A DNA stretch of 64,000 nt from a virus. This document shows positions 1-8,760 of this stretch, one piece after another. Every line of letters begins with the position of its first letter. Position 1 is the stretch's first letter. The position numbers and the translations under genes are program-made. The notes below the pieces were generated by a model. The model did not search any database and was not told the DNA's origin. It saw only the letters and a program-made list of their open reading frames with translations. The stretch lies in IMG/VR virus record IMGVR_UViG_3300046796_000369. One strand, written 5' to 3'.

Positions 1-1162
1 TGTAGGGCCACGAATCGACGCCCTCGTACTGCAGCGTCTGTCTGAGGGAGATGCCGGAACCCTTGTCCTCGATGATCAGCAGGTCGGGCGTCTTGATCTG
101 CTCATGGTACTGGGGCTCGCCCACCACCGGCCTGAAGATCAGGTCGCGGCGTCGGCCATAGCGCGCCTTCATCTCCTGCTTGGCCCGCTTGATCAACTCG
201 GGAAAGCCAATCTGCTCGTGCCAGCATTCGAGCATCATCATGTTCCAGCGGCGCTTCTCGGGGAACACGCCCCACACCGTGCAGGCGGTGAAGTCGGGCT
301 CGTAGTCTTTCTTGTCGAACGTCTTCTCGGTCAGCGCCGTGTCGAGGCTGACGAACACGAAATCGAACCACGGCAGCGGCCGGTCGTGCGTCCATAGCTG
401 CAGCCAGCTTCGCTTGATGATCGCCGCCTCGCCGACCTCCAGCAGTTCGCCCAGCACCTCCTGCCGATAGATTTGCGTGCCCTCGTACTGCTGCAGTTCG
501 TCGAAGAACGCCTCGGCAAGGTTGGCGCGGTTCTCCATGGTGGTGCCGACGACAACCTTGACGTCGCGCCGCGCCAGCATGTCCTTGAGCCAGTCGAGCG
601 GACGTGGCGTCGTCGTGTAGAGTCGTTGAGGCTGGACGCGGCGATTATCGACAGTCGTATAAAACAGACGGGTCGATAGATCGATGTTGCTGATCACCGC
701 CTCTGCCGTGGTGTTCCACGCCGCCGCCTCGTCGCCCCATGTGAAGTGCGCCTGCGGACCGCGCAGACGGTCGGGCGACTCGGCCGAGAAGCCCTTGATG
801 ATCGAGCCGTTGATGAGTCGTATCTCGAAGATCGAGTTGTTGATGCTCGCGACCATCTGGTGCGGGATCATATTGATCAGGCCGGATGGACCGCCGAAGA
901 CCACTCCACGAAGATCGCCGTAAGTGGGGGCGATGACGTGAATGACGCAGCCGGGATATAGACCAGCCTGTCGTCGAACCCAGTTCGATCCCACCAAGGT
1001 CTTGCCGAAGCCTCGACCCGCCTGCACCACGCACAGTGACCAGCCTGACACTGGCAGCAACTGCTTGAGCCGGGCGCGGCGGCTCCAGCGGTTCTCGGCT
1101 TCGATGAAGGCGAGTTCGTGGTCATTAGCGACTCTGAGTCGTTGTGCGTTGATGACCGGCAT
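1..1162 (-). CDS. terL: Terminase large subunit (partial; runs off the left edge)
   Basis: Hand translation from ATG 1162 is open to the window edge, with no stop in the window, so it is missing from the ORF track. It contains Walker A QAGRGFGKT, SPDRLRGPQAHFTWGDEAAAW (Walker B), TTTPRP, YRQEVLGE, and nuclease-domain SLDTA...DFTA and IIEDKGSG. Confidence 0.93.
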   Translation of the reverse strand, partial: MPVINAQRLRVANDHELAFIEAENRWSRRARLKQLLPVSGWSLCVVQAGRGFGKTLVGSNWVRRQAGLYPGCVIHVIAPTYGDLRGVVFGGPSGLINMIPHQMVASINNSIFEIRLINGSIIKGFSAESPDRLRGPQAHFTWGDEAAAWNTTAEAVISNIDLSTRLFYTTVDNRRVQPQRLYTTTPRPLDWLKDMLARRDVKVVVGTTMENRANLAEAFFDELQQYEGTQIYRQEVLGELLEVGEAAIIKRSWLQLWTHDRPLPWFDFVFVSLDTALTEKTFDKKDYEPDFTACTVWGVFPEKRRWNMMMLECWHEQIGFPELIKRAKQEMKARYGRRRDLIFRPVVGEPQYHEQIKTPDLLIIEDKGSGISLRQTLQYEGVDSWPY

Positions 1163-1171
1163 CGAGCAGCC

Positions 1172-1801
1172 TTAGACCGTCGGCTCCTGCCCCACCATGT
1201 CGTCCTCGTCGGGAATGAATGGCACGTCTTTGACCTCCGGTTCAGGGGGCGGCGGCATGTGGGTCGGCGGCAGGTTAATGGCGACCTGCGGATTGGGAGT
1301 CGTTTCCGAGAACGTAGGTGTAGGAACGACCACCACCTCGATGACGGGGGGAGCGACGTAGGCCGCCACCACGTCGTTCGACAGCGCAGGCAGCGACGAG
1401 CCATAGGCATTGGCGACGATCAACTGGCAGGCAAAGGTGTGGCCATCGTCGTCGGGCTGCAACGTGTAGCTGGGGTCGCGCATCATCGCTATCGCCACGC
1501 CGTCGCATAGCCAGTGATAGTCGCGACTCGTCGGCTCGCCCTCCCAGTTGCCTGCCGTACAGGTCAGCGTGTTCGTGTCCGCCGTCTGCTCGGCGTAGGG
1601 ACGGTCGACCACGATGGGCTCGTTGCCCGCTACCACGTCATGGACCGGCAACGCCTCGGCTGGCTGCGACCCGTAGGTGATGGGCGGCTGACCGGGATCA
1701 CCCGGCTGGGCCAGCGGAACGACGAGCGTCTCGACGCTCGGCGGAGCCGCGGGGGACGGATAGTACGTCGTGCCTACCGCGGGGTCGCTGATGTCGCTCA
1801 T
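1172..1801 (-). CDS. Pro-rich protein with one Ig-like domain
   Basis: LTCTAGNWEGEPTSRDYHWLCDGVAI...SYTLQPDDDGHTFACQLIVANAYG matches the phage/bacterial Ig-like strand pattern; the flanks are Pro-rich. Confidence 0.6.
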   Translation of the reverse strand: MSDISDPAVGTTYYPSPAAPPSVETLVVPLAQPGDPGQPPITYGSQPAEALPVHDVVAGNEPIVVDRPYAEQTADTNTLTCTAGNWEGEPTSRDYHWLCDGVAIAMMRDPSYTLQPDDDGHTFACQLIVANAYGSSLPALSNDVVAAYVAPPVIEVVVVPTPTFSETTPNPQVAINLPPTHMPPPPEPEVKDVPFIPDEDDMVGQEPTV

Positions 1802-1845
1802 GTTCTCCCTCCATCTTTGCGATTGAGGGCGGCATCATGCGAGCA

Positions 1846-2139
1846 TCAGTCGTCCTTGTCCAAGAGTCGTTGGAGGTTTTCGTCCTGCTCTTCCTCCTCC
1901 AGCTTTTCGATGGCCAGCGTACACAGCGCCTCGATGGCCAGACCGGCGTTGGCGTCGTCCTCGTCCAGCAGTTCACGCATGCGTTCGAGTATCCTGATGG
2001 TCTCCTGCTTGGTCTCTTCCTTGATCATCATGTCGCTTTGCGTGCCCATGGATAACTCCCTGACCAAATGCCATGCGTCATCGCGATGGCAATATAATTT
2101 TCCCGTCAGCATGTTGTAGTGCAGGGTTCCTTCAGCCAT
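1846..2139 (-). CDS. Hypothetical protein
   Basis: 97-aa ORF in a tightly packed minus-strand run; acidic helical C-terminus. Confidence 0.6.
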   Translation of the reverse strand: MAEGTLHYNMLTGKLYCHRDDAWHLVRELSMGTQSDMMIKEETKQETIRILERMRELLDEDDANAGLAIEALCTLAIEKLEEEEQDENLQRLLDKDD

Positions 2140-2143
2140 CTGC

Positions 2144-2425
2144 CTACTTCGCGAAGTACGATTTGACCGCGCACATCTGCGTAATCTCCATCTGCGATAT
2201 GGCGATTGACGCCATGCGCTTCATGGGGTCGGTGGCATTAGCGCCGTCGCGGAGTTCGATCATCTTCTGGATCACCGCCGCACACATCCCCTTGACCACG
2301 GCAACGTCGCTGCTGGTGCTTGGATTGAAGTCGAACAGCACGGCATCGAGCGCCCGAACACTGGGGGTGATGATGTCGCTGTAGTTATCGCCTATGTCGA
2401 TTCGTACTACGACCGCCATGATCAA
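2144..2425 (-). CDS. Acb2/Tad1-like helical-hairpin protein (candidate immune-signal sponge)
   Basis: FNPS...DVAVVKGMCAAVIQKM...KRMASIAISQMEITQMCAVK resembles the FNPS..V..IK...A.LI...R..S.A.T..E.A.M.AVK pattern of small phage hairpin proteins. Confidence 0.45.
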   Translation of the reverse strand: MIMAVVVRIDIGDNYSDIITPSVRALDAVLFDFNPSTSSDVAVVKGMCAAVIQKMIELRDGANATDPMKRMASIAISQMEITQMCAVKSYFAK

Positions 2426-2667
2426 TTCCTTTTCTGTCCGGTGGTGTCGGATAAGTGCGTATTGGGACCGATGAACTGCTTGAACTTTTTCATCAGCCTG
2501 TCGAGCGTGCTCTCGTAGTCGATGATGATGTCGCCCGTGAAGCCCAGTTCATCAGCCGTCACATGGATCGGGCTGCCTGCCTTGAGCGCGCGGATATTGT
2601 CCTCGGTGATGCCGAAGATGATGACACCGCGACCCGTCCTGTCATCGCGCGCAGACATCTTGATCAT
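2422..2667 (-). CDS. Hypothetical protein
   Basis: 81-aa ORF with an ATGA overlap to the next gene. Confidence 0.65.
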   Translation of the reverse strand: MIKMSARDDRTGRGVIIFGITEDNIRALKAGSPIHVTADELGFTGDIIIDYESTLDRLMKKFKQFIGPNTHLSDTTGQKRN

Positions 2668-2683
2668 TGTCCCTCACCACCCA

Positions 2684-2911
2684 TCAGTTCTTCCTCAAAA
2701 ACGTCGGCACCTCTATCTTGTCGCGAACCGTGTCGCGTATGCTCAACAGCAGCGCGTTCATCTCGGTGATCAGTTCGATCATCACACCGAGTCGTTGGTG
2801 CATGCGCGCGGTGTCGCGCTCGATGTGACCAACCCGCTCGGCAAGGTTATCCAGTTCAGCGTCGGTCATGGCAACCCTCTCGGCAAGGTTATCCAGTTCA
2901 GCGTCGGTCAT
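2684..2911 (-). CDS. Small coiled-coil protein with a duplicated 14-aa N-terminus
   Basis: MTDAELDNLAERVA-MTDAELDNLAERVG, encoded by a direct repeat with a 42-bp period. Confidence 0.6.
   Translation of the reverse strand: MTDAELDNLAERVAMTDAELDNLAERVGHIERDTARMHQRLGVMIELITEMNALLLSIRDTVRDKIEVPTFLRKN
2837..2911. repeat. Direct repeat, 33-bp identical core, 42-bp period, 2 copies
   Basis: ctcggcaaggttatccagttcagcgtcggtcat at 2837-2869 and 2879-2911. Confidence 0.9.
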
Positions 2912-3083
2912 TTTCCGCCTGCCTCTTCAGTCTCTCTTCATTGGCTTTGGTCCCTGCAAGATCATAGGCGTACTCAGGGCATTTGCATTCGCTGCAGGGT
3001 CGCGGTGCGCTACGGTCAGTATCACTCCATGCGTGGCTCTCGACGACGTGGCCGCAGGCGCAGAGGTAACTGCCGCGCAGCAT
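2898..3083 (-). CDS. Small Cys/His zinc-binding protein
   Basis: MLRGSYLCACGHVVESH...CSECKC; ATG at 3083 lies inside the tracked 87-aa ORF. Confidence 0.45.
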   Translation of the reverse strand: MLRGSYLCACGHVVESHAWSDTDRSAPRPCSECKCPEYAYDLAGTKANEERLKRQAENDRR

Positions 3084-3234
3084 CACCAGTGCCCACAGAC
3101 AGAACAGAACAGGTCGCGTCCGTTGGTGGCGACTGGAGCCTTGACACCGCACCAGCCGCAATGATGCAGCCAGCGCTTGTAGGTTATGGCACCGGGATGA
3201 CGCTTGATCGGCACACCGTTCGCTGTCTTGGCGA

Positions 3235-3441
3235 TCATGGCTTCACCTTGTCCGTCAGTATCAGACGACCCTTGAGGTGAGCCCGCGCCATCAGACGTCC
3301 AGTGCCGTGACTCAGCACGACATAGGAATACGCCGCCTGCCCCGGCTGCTCGGTCGCCAGCACCATGCCATGCTTCTCGAAAAGATTGCTGAGTTCATCG
3401 AGAAACTTTGGCACATCATGAGTTAGGGGATAGACGGTCAT
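3235..3441 (-). CDS. Hypothetical protein
   Basis: 68-aa ORF overlapping the Lar stop by 4 bp. Confidence 0.55.
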   Translation of the reverse strand: MTVYPLTHDVPKFLDELSNLFEKHGMVLATEQPGQAAYSYVVLSHGTGRLMARAHLKGRLILTDKVKP

Positions 3442-3935
3442 GGCTTAACCTTGTCGATAGCTGCTTGGGCGCGGGCTGCCAGCAGTTTGTGCAAATCGTT
3501 AACGAAGGATGTCGTCTCGGCATCAGCCGCGACCGTGACTGGCTTGCAGATGTCATGGAGCGCTTCCAGCAGGATGCGGATGGTGGCGTCGGCCTCGCGC
3601 TGGTTCCATGCAGCGATGGCTTCACGTTGACCCGTCTTCACGGGTCCATCGGCCTTGCAATTGTTGCACGTCAGATAGTTTCCGTCCGGAAGTGTCTCGC
3701 TGTCGCCCAAAGAGATATTGAAACTGAGACAGAACGGACAGGGATGAAAGGGATGGGGCCGCCGGTTCCATGCAGCGATGATTGTGGAGCGCTGGTTGCT
3801 GGTGACAGAGGTCGCCCAGCAACTCTCGCATTGCACTCGCAATAACTGTGTGTGGACGTTGGGCGAAATCTTCAGAGCATCGCTACCGCAGAATGGGCAC
3901 AGCAACAGCGTGTCCTGTTTTGACGCTGTGGTCAT
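3438..3935 (-). CDS. Lar-family restriction alleviation protein with two tandem zinc-ribbon domains
   Basis: Two copies of CPFC...CxxC...AAWNxR (CPFCGS..CESC..IAAWNRR and CPFCLS..CNNC..IAAWNQR). Confidence 0.75.
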   Translation of the reverse strand: MTTASKQDTLLLCPFCGSDALKISPNVHTQLLRVQCESCWATSVTSNQRSTIIAAWNRRPHPFHPCPFCLSFNISLGDSETLPDGNYLTCNNCKADGPVKTGQREAIAAWNQREADATIRILLEALHDICKPVTVAADAETTSFVNDLHKLLAARAQAAIDKVKP

Positions 3936-4849
3936 CTCACTCTCACGATCTGAGTTGCGTTAACGACTCGGTGCCCGAACACAAACCATGCGAAGTCGAC
4001 CGCGCCGCTGTGGCCTTGGTCGGGCACGCCGGGCGGCAGCATCTTGAGTCGTCCGCAGATGATGATCTTGTGCAGATGCTTCAACAGGTCGGCGCGCTTT
4101 TGGGCGGCGATCCACGTCAGCCGCAACAGCACACACACCTTGCCATCGCTCGGGATGATCTTGAGCGCGTGGCGCACATGATCGTCGCTCTGGTCGAATG
4201 GAGGATTCATAATTATGCTGTCGGTCGTTCCAAGACATCCTATGAAGTCATATCCATACTTGACTTGGGTGCGCATACCGTCAATCGGCACATAGACAAA
4301 CTTGTCGCTGCCATGCGCCCGCTGACCGGCATGGATCAGCGCCTTGACGATCTTGCCGCGCCCGCAACTCGGGTCCCACATCACGCCGGTCAGCGTCACG
4401 TTGCTCAGTAGATGATCGACCGCCTCGTCAGGCGTCTCGTAGTTGTCACGCTCGTCGCGCTCGTTGTCCATCAGACCGTACTGGCCTGCCGCACGACGTG
4501 CGCGCCTCCTGAGAATGTTAACACCGTCATCGAGCGCCCTCCGCAGATGATTGGTGACAAGACGTCCTTGGTCGCGCTTGGGTTGGTTCTTAACCTGTAT
4601 CTTTATGCCGCGCCGCTGGACCTCGGCCCTGAGCAAACGCAGTTCATCTTCAAGCGATAACTTAGCCGTGTCCGTTCGTCCTGCCGTTCGTGATGCGCGG
4701 GCCTGCGAGCGGGTCGGTGAGGTCGCGCTCTTCCGGCTGGTCGTTGGTGGTGGCGAGTCTTTCGCCGCGCTCTTGGCTGTCTTGCGCTTCACGTCGGGCT
4801 GCCTCCATGACATCACGTCGCCGGGCAGTATCACTATCCTGTCGCTCAC
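3932..4849 (-). CDS. DNA adenine methyltransferase (SAM-dependent); true start uncertain, catalytic part about 3932-4472
   Basis: YETP, motif I WDPSCGRG, motif IV IIMNPPF, then LLRLTW and FAWFVF. The first ~60 codons overlap the upstream gene and may be untranslated. Confidence 0.8.
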   Translation of the reverse strand: MSDRIVILPGDVMSWRQPDVKRKTAKSAAKDSPPPTTSRKSATSPTRSQARASRTAGRTDTAKLSLEDELRLLRAEVQRRGIKIQVKNQPKRDQGRLVTNHLRRALDDGVNILRRRARRAAGQYGLMDNERDERDNYETPDEAVDHLLSNVTLTGVMWDPSCGRGKIVKALIHAGQRAHGSDKFVYVPIDGMRTQVKYGYDFIGCLGTTDSIIMNPPFDQSDDHVRHALKIIPSDGKVCVLLRLTWIAAQKRADLLKHLHKIIICGRLKMLPPGVPDQGHSGAVDFAWFVFGHRVVNATQIVRVR

Positions 4850-5339
4850 TGTCCAGCACAGTCTCTGGCGTGATGTCGACGAAGTCCTCGCCGCCTTCGA
4901 GTCGTGCGTTGACCAAGCCGGTCACCACCGCCTCAATCACAGATTGAATATCTCCTCTGCGGCGTTCGTCCTCGGGATCGACGTCATCCTTGCGGTGGCC
5001 AACCTTGCCCTCGATCCGGTCGGCCACCTGCGACCATGCCTGCATGTCGCCGCGCAGGCCCTTGAGCACCGCGGCCTCGGCCCACGCGATGACCGCCGGG
5101 AGGGCGCGCCGCTCGGTCACGCCTTCGTCTCCGACAGGGACAGTTTCGGCGAACGACTCGGCGCGCACTTCCAGTTCCTCGACCGGCCGCATCAGCGCCA
5201 GCCAGAGGGCAACTTTGACCGGGTGCCGCATCCCCACCAGCGCCCGCCAGTCGCGGTCGGCCAGCCGCAGGCCGGGGACTGCATCAAGCGTGCTAATAGC
5301 GGTCAGATCGGAGGTGTTTGGGGGCCGCGCAGGCATCAA
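4662..5339 (-). CDS. Possible terminase small subunit / DUF5681-like helical protein
   Basis: AWSQVADRIEGK resembles the I.DR.EGK signature of TerS-like proteins; it lies upstream of terL on the same strand. The start may be ATG 5231. Confidence 0.4.
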   Translation of the reverse strand: MMPARPPNTSDLTAISTLDAVPGLRLADRDWRALVGMRHPVKVALWLALMRPVEELEVRAESFAETVPVGDEGVTERRALPAVIAWAEAAVLKGLRGDMQAWSQVADRIEGKVGHRKDDVDPEDERRRGDIQSVIEAVVTGLVNARLEGGEDFVDITPETVLDSERQDSDTARRRDVMEAARREAQDSQERGERLATTNDQPEERDLTDPLAGPRITNGRTNGHG

Positions 5340-5645
5340 AACCGCCTTGTACTACGGGTGCTACACCCCCCTCCTAACACTTTTCTCACCGTATATAATA
5401 TTCACGTTTACTACCCCCCAAAAACGCATCTCGCGTACGTTACCCAGACACTAGGTGTAATAGGTGTAGTACCGTAAACACCGTTGATTTTATTAGATAA
5501 TTTCATGCTACGCTTATGCTACGGTACTACGCCTCCCGGCACCAAACTGGCGGTATATCTTCACTGTACGTGATGATACTGCGTCAAAACGGCGTTATAT
5601 CTTCACTGTACGTGATGATACTCAGCCCATTTGTACTACGCACCC
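5340..5645. promoter_or_regulatory. AT-rich region with many CTAC/TACACC-type short repeats; candidate replication origin and/or promoter
   Basis: Sharp GC drop, iterated actac/gctac/gtgta words and a 27-bp direct repeat, immediately downstream of the VapE helicase. Confidence 0.4.
5554..5622. repeat. 27-bp direct repeat, 42-bp period, spanning the VapE stop codon
   Basis: tatatcttcactgtacgtgatgatact at 5554-5580 and 5596-5622. Confidence 0.9.
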
Positions 5646-7257
5646 CCTCTCTGGCTACGGGGTCGACCGGCACCCAGCAGCGCAGCGCTTTGTGGACCCC
5701 GTTGCGCCGGTAGCTGGTCACCGTCGAACGCCAGCCCAGCCGGGTGAGGGCCTGCGTGATGGAGTACTGGTGGCGCTCCGCCTGATCGTGCGGGATGCGC
5801 AGCCACTGCACCGCCACCCGGAGCGGCGTCACCACATTGCCCCAGCGCTGCGGGCTGGTGAAATTGCCCAGCGTCGGATCGGGCGGCTCGATGGCCGGGC
5901 TGCTCACCGAGCCGTCATACAGGCCCGCTCCGAGCAGATGCTCGCGGATGGTCTCCTCATACATCGAGACCTGCTGGTGCCTCTCCACGGCCTGCGCATG
6001 AGCCGCGGCGGGCACTTCCCACCACGTCGCGCCATCCTCGTAGAGGCTCAACCCCTCGGCGATCAGTTGATCGCGGTGGGTGCGCAGCCAGTCGACATTG
6101 ATCACGCCGCAGGTCACCGGCCAGAAGCGGCGGCCCCCGGTCTCATCGCGCAGCCACGCCCGCTGGTTGCCGGTTCCTGTCGGAACGAATCTCCGCTTGT
6201 GATGCTTGCTGGTGCGGCCGTACGGCACCCTGAACTTGTCGGAGGCGCACGACAGCGCCTGCTTGACCTTGGCCATGTCGACGCGCGTCGAAACGATGGA
6301 CGCCAGTTCAGCGATCTCGCCCAGCCACACGCCCTGAATCTGCAGATAGAAATCCTTGTTGGCCGGGTTCTCGCTGATTTCGGCGAAGAACGGTCCGCCC
6401 AGTATCTGCATGGCGGTCGACTTGAGCGTGCCCTGCGCGCCCAAGAACACCGGCATGGTGTCCATCTTGCAGCCTGCCCTGAGCGCGCGTGCCGTCATGC
6501 TGACGACCATGTTGCGGCCGACTGCCTCAAGGTATTCCAGCGTCTGGCCCTGTTCGTCGTCGACCACGGCACCGAAGCCAATCGTCATCATGTCCTTGAG
6601 TCGTTCTACCCTGTCCCACTGCGGCACGCCCTTGACGTGGTCGACCAGCACGTCGCGGCAGTCCAGTTCAGCGACATAGAACACCGCCTGCTCGACGGTG
6701 CGCATATGCACGTTGCCCAGTACCTCGATGTTGAGCGCCATCATCCACATCATGATCTTGCGCATCACCGCGTCGTCGACATCGTAGGCCTCGACCACGT
6801 CCTCGCTGCGGTCGCACTTCCAGTCGGTCCTGATCTGATTCAAGAACGTATCGAACCACAGGCGGCCCCGGCGCTGGCGCAACAGCAATCCGACGCACAC
6901 GAACAGCGGCGATTCGCTTTGCAGCATCTCGTCGATGTTGGTCACCGCCGCCATCGCGCCGGGCTCGCGTGCGGCGCGCCGCAGCTTCCTGATCAGCGCC
7001 TTTTTCAAATCGCCGAGGAAGCCGCGCGTGTCGGTCCATGACAGCAGGTTAAGGCCATCGGGATTGTCGCGATGCACGACCTTGACCATGCTGACGAACG
7101 AATTGACGGACTCTTCCGAGCCCAGCCGCGCCGCCAGCGCGGCGACCTTGGGCAGGATGGTGCCGTAGATCGTCATCTCGGCATCGGCCAGATAGTCGCG
7201 CGCCAGTGCGCGCAGTTCCTCGGTCCGGGTCGGACCGGCCTCCGACGGATCAGGCAT
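5584..7257 (-). CDS. VapE (virulence-associated E) family P-loop ATPase / replicative helicase
   Basis: KMDTMPVFLGAQGTLKST (Walker A), WLGEIAEL (Walker B), DKFRVPYGR, GTGN, DETGGRRFWPV. The start was moved to ATG 7257 to avoid overlap with the upstream ORF. Confidence 0.88.
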   Translation of the reverse strand: MPDPSEAGPTRTEELRALARDYLADAEMTIYGTILPKVAALAARLGSEESVNSFVSMVKVVHRDNPDGLNLLSWTDTRGFLGDLKKALIRKLRRAAREPGAMAAVTNIDEMLQSESPLFVCVGLLLRQRRGRLWFDTFLNQIRTDWKCDRSEDVVEAYDVDDAVMRKIMMWMMALNIEVLGNVHMRTVEQAVFYVAELDCRDVLVDHVKGVPQWDRVERLKDMMTIGFGAVVDDEQGQTLEYLEAVGRNMVVSMTARALRAGCKMDTMPVFLGAQGTLKSTAMQILGGPFFAEISENPANKDFYLQIQGVWLGEIAELASIVSTRVDMAKVKQALSCASDKFRVPYGRTSKHHKRRFVPTGTGNQRAWLRDETGGRRFWPVTCGVINVDWLRTHRDQLIAEGLSLYEDGATWWEVPAAAHAQAVERHQQVSMYEETIREHLLGAGLYDGSVSSPAIEPPDPTLGNFTSPQRWGNVVTPLRVAVQWLRIPHDQAERHQYSITQALTRLGWRSTVTSYRRNGVHKALRCWVPVDPVAREGVRSTNGLSIITYSEDITPF

Positions 7258-7259
7258 CG

Positions 7260-7760
7260 CTAGGCCCGGCCCGCGGGATGCATGACGCGGGCGGCCAGCG
7301 TCGGGTCCATGGAGTACCCCGGCTTGTCGTAGTCCTTGACAAGCCGTGCCTTCAGGATCGGCAACGGGTCTTTCCCGCCCCACGGCACGCAGTCGTTGCA
7401 CACCGCGATGATGGCGTCGTACGGCTCGGGCACATAGGCCTTGGCCTGCCTGAAGCGGCGCGGGTCGGCCTTGGGGTTGGGGATCAGTTGCCTGTTGTAC
7501 AGCGCCACGGCGGGCCGGGAGTTCGGATCAAATTGCTTCTCGCAGCAGAAGCACACCGGGCTCTTGCGGCCACCCTTCACGACCTTGCTGGTGAACTCCA
7601 TAAGCTGCGGCATGTAATCGACGACCAGCGGGCCTTCGATCATGGTGATGTTGAACACGAAGATATAGGCCCCCTCGTCGGGTGCCGAGTCGTCGGGGAA
7701 ATTGACGATCTTGGGCATCTCGCCCTTGGCCTTGGCGGCGCGTCGTTGCTCTCGGTTCAT
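7260..7760 (-). CDS. Hypothetical protein with CxxC pairs
   Basis: 166-aa ORF beginning MNREQRRA, with CFCC and CNDC. Confidence 0.6.
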   Translation of the reverse strand: MNREQRRAAKAKGEMPKIVNFPDDSAPDEGAYIFVFNITMIEGPLVVDYMPQLMEFTSKVVKGGRKSPVCFCCEKQFDPNSRPAVALYNRQLIPNPKADPRRFRQAKAYVPEPYDAIIAVCNDCVPWGGKDPLPILKARLVKDYDKPGYSMDPTLAARVMHPAGRA

Positions 7761-7773
7761 GCAGTCCTCCCTC

Positions 7774-8760
7774 TCAATATGTCATGTAGCGTGGTCGTGC
7801 GCGTGGCCTGCGCGGTTGCATCCGCTTCCAGCGCTCGCGCCGGAGAAGCCTGCGCCAGTGCTGGCGCAGGTCGTAGTCGCGCTCGACATTCTCGATGTGC
7901 CCGACCGCCCATTCCCGGAGATAGTCAAATTCACGATTGACCGCGTCGGCGTTGTCGATGTCGTGGATGCTGGCCAGCATCATGCCCATCATGCGCGTCA
8001 TCGCCTCGAAGCGGGTGATGTCGGTCTCGCCGTGATTGATCCGGCGGGCCGGGAGTTCGTCCATCGGCACCACGCGGGAAAAGCCAAGAAGATTGGGTTG
8101 TTCTTCCGAGTCGTTCGCCGGACCCTGACCCTGCTCGGTACGCGCGCCGCCCAGCCGCTGCTCGGCGTCTTCGACCGCCAGCAGGCTGTCGGTCTGGTAG
8201 GCAATCGTCACCGGCATCGGCGCGCCCTTGCGGTGGACGCTGCCCGCTATCCTGATCGGCTGGTGAGGGCTCTGGAACGAGCCGTCGGCCTGCACATGAT
8301 CGGCGGCGGCACGACGCAGCCGCGCCACCCGCGGTGCCGCGCAGTCGCCGCTGAGTCGCCAGAACAGATGCGTCTTGGGCTGACCGTCGAGCAGGCCGCC
8401 GGAGTGGACGGCCAGTGCGGGCGATCCCAAGAGTTCGATCAGCCTGATGCACTTGCCTGCGATATCACCGGTATCGAAATCGACACACAGGGTCGGCAGG
8501 CTGACGACATCGGCGGCACCCGCCGCGCGCCCGCGTACAAACCCCGGTACGCAATACGCCGCCAGTCCGCGCTGGTCGCAGATTCTGGCGAAATCGACCA
8601 CGCCCTCGATCCAGTTGGCATGGAACGGGTTGATCCACGGCGTGTAGGGCACGCCGTCTTTGCCGCGCTCGGCGTAACCACGAAGGGCAATCAGGCTGCC
8701 AAGTGGCGGATTTTCAAAGACAATTTGGCAATATTGCCGAATAGCGACAGGATTAAGCAC
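7774..8760 (-). CDS. RepB-like DNA primase (AEP superfamily)
   Basis: LCVDFD, AVHSGG...KTHLFWRL and HQPIRIAGSVHRK motifs; adjacent to VapE. Confidence 0.7.
   Translation of the reverse strand: MLNPVAIRQYCQIVFENPPLGSLIALRGYAERGKDGVPYTPWINPFHANWIEGVVDFARICDQRGLAAYCVPGFVRGRAAGAADVVSLPTLCVDFDTGDIAGKCIRLIELLGSPALAVHSGGLLDGQPKTHLFWRLSGDCAAPRVARLRRAAADHVQADGSFQSPHQPIRIAGSVHRKGAPMPVTIAYQTDSLLAVEDAEQRLGGARTEQGQGPANDSEEQPNLLGFSRVVPMDELPARRINHGETDITRFEAMTRMMGMMLASIHDIDNADAVNREFDYLREWAVGHIENVERDYDLRQHWRRLLRRERWKRMQPRRPRARPRYMTY

Noticed and set aside
721-800. Suspected frameshift in terL, because it is missing from the ORF track
   Set aside because: Hand translation is in frame (FSAESPDRLRGPQ). The ORF is absent only because it has no stop codon inside the window.
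4662-4849. 188-bp overlap of the MTase and TerS-like ORFs as dual coding
   Set aside because: The MTase-frame segment is low-complexity and Ser/Arg-rich, so a later MTase start is the simpler explanation.
2837-5622. Two 42-bp-period repeats as a possible mini-CRISPR
   Set aside because: Each has only two copies, the intervening sequence is too short for a spacer, the two repeats are unrelated, and there are no cas genes.
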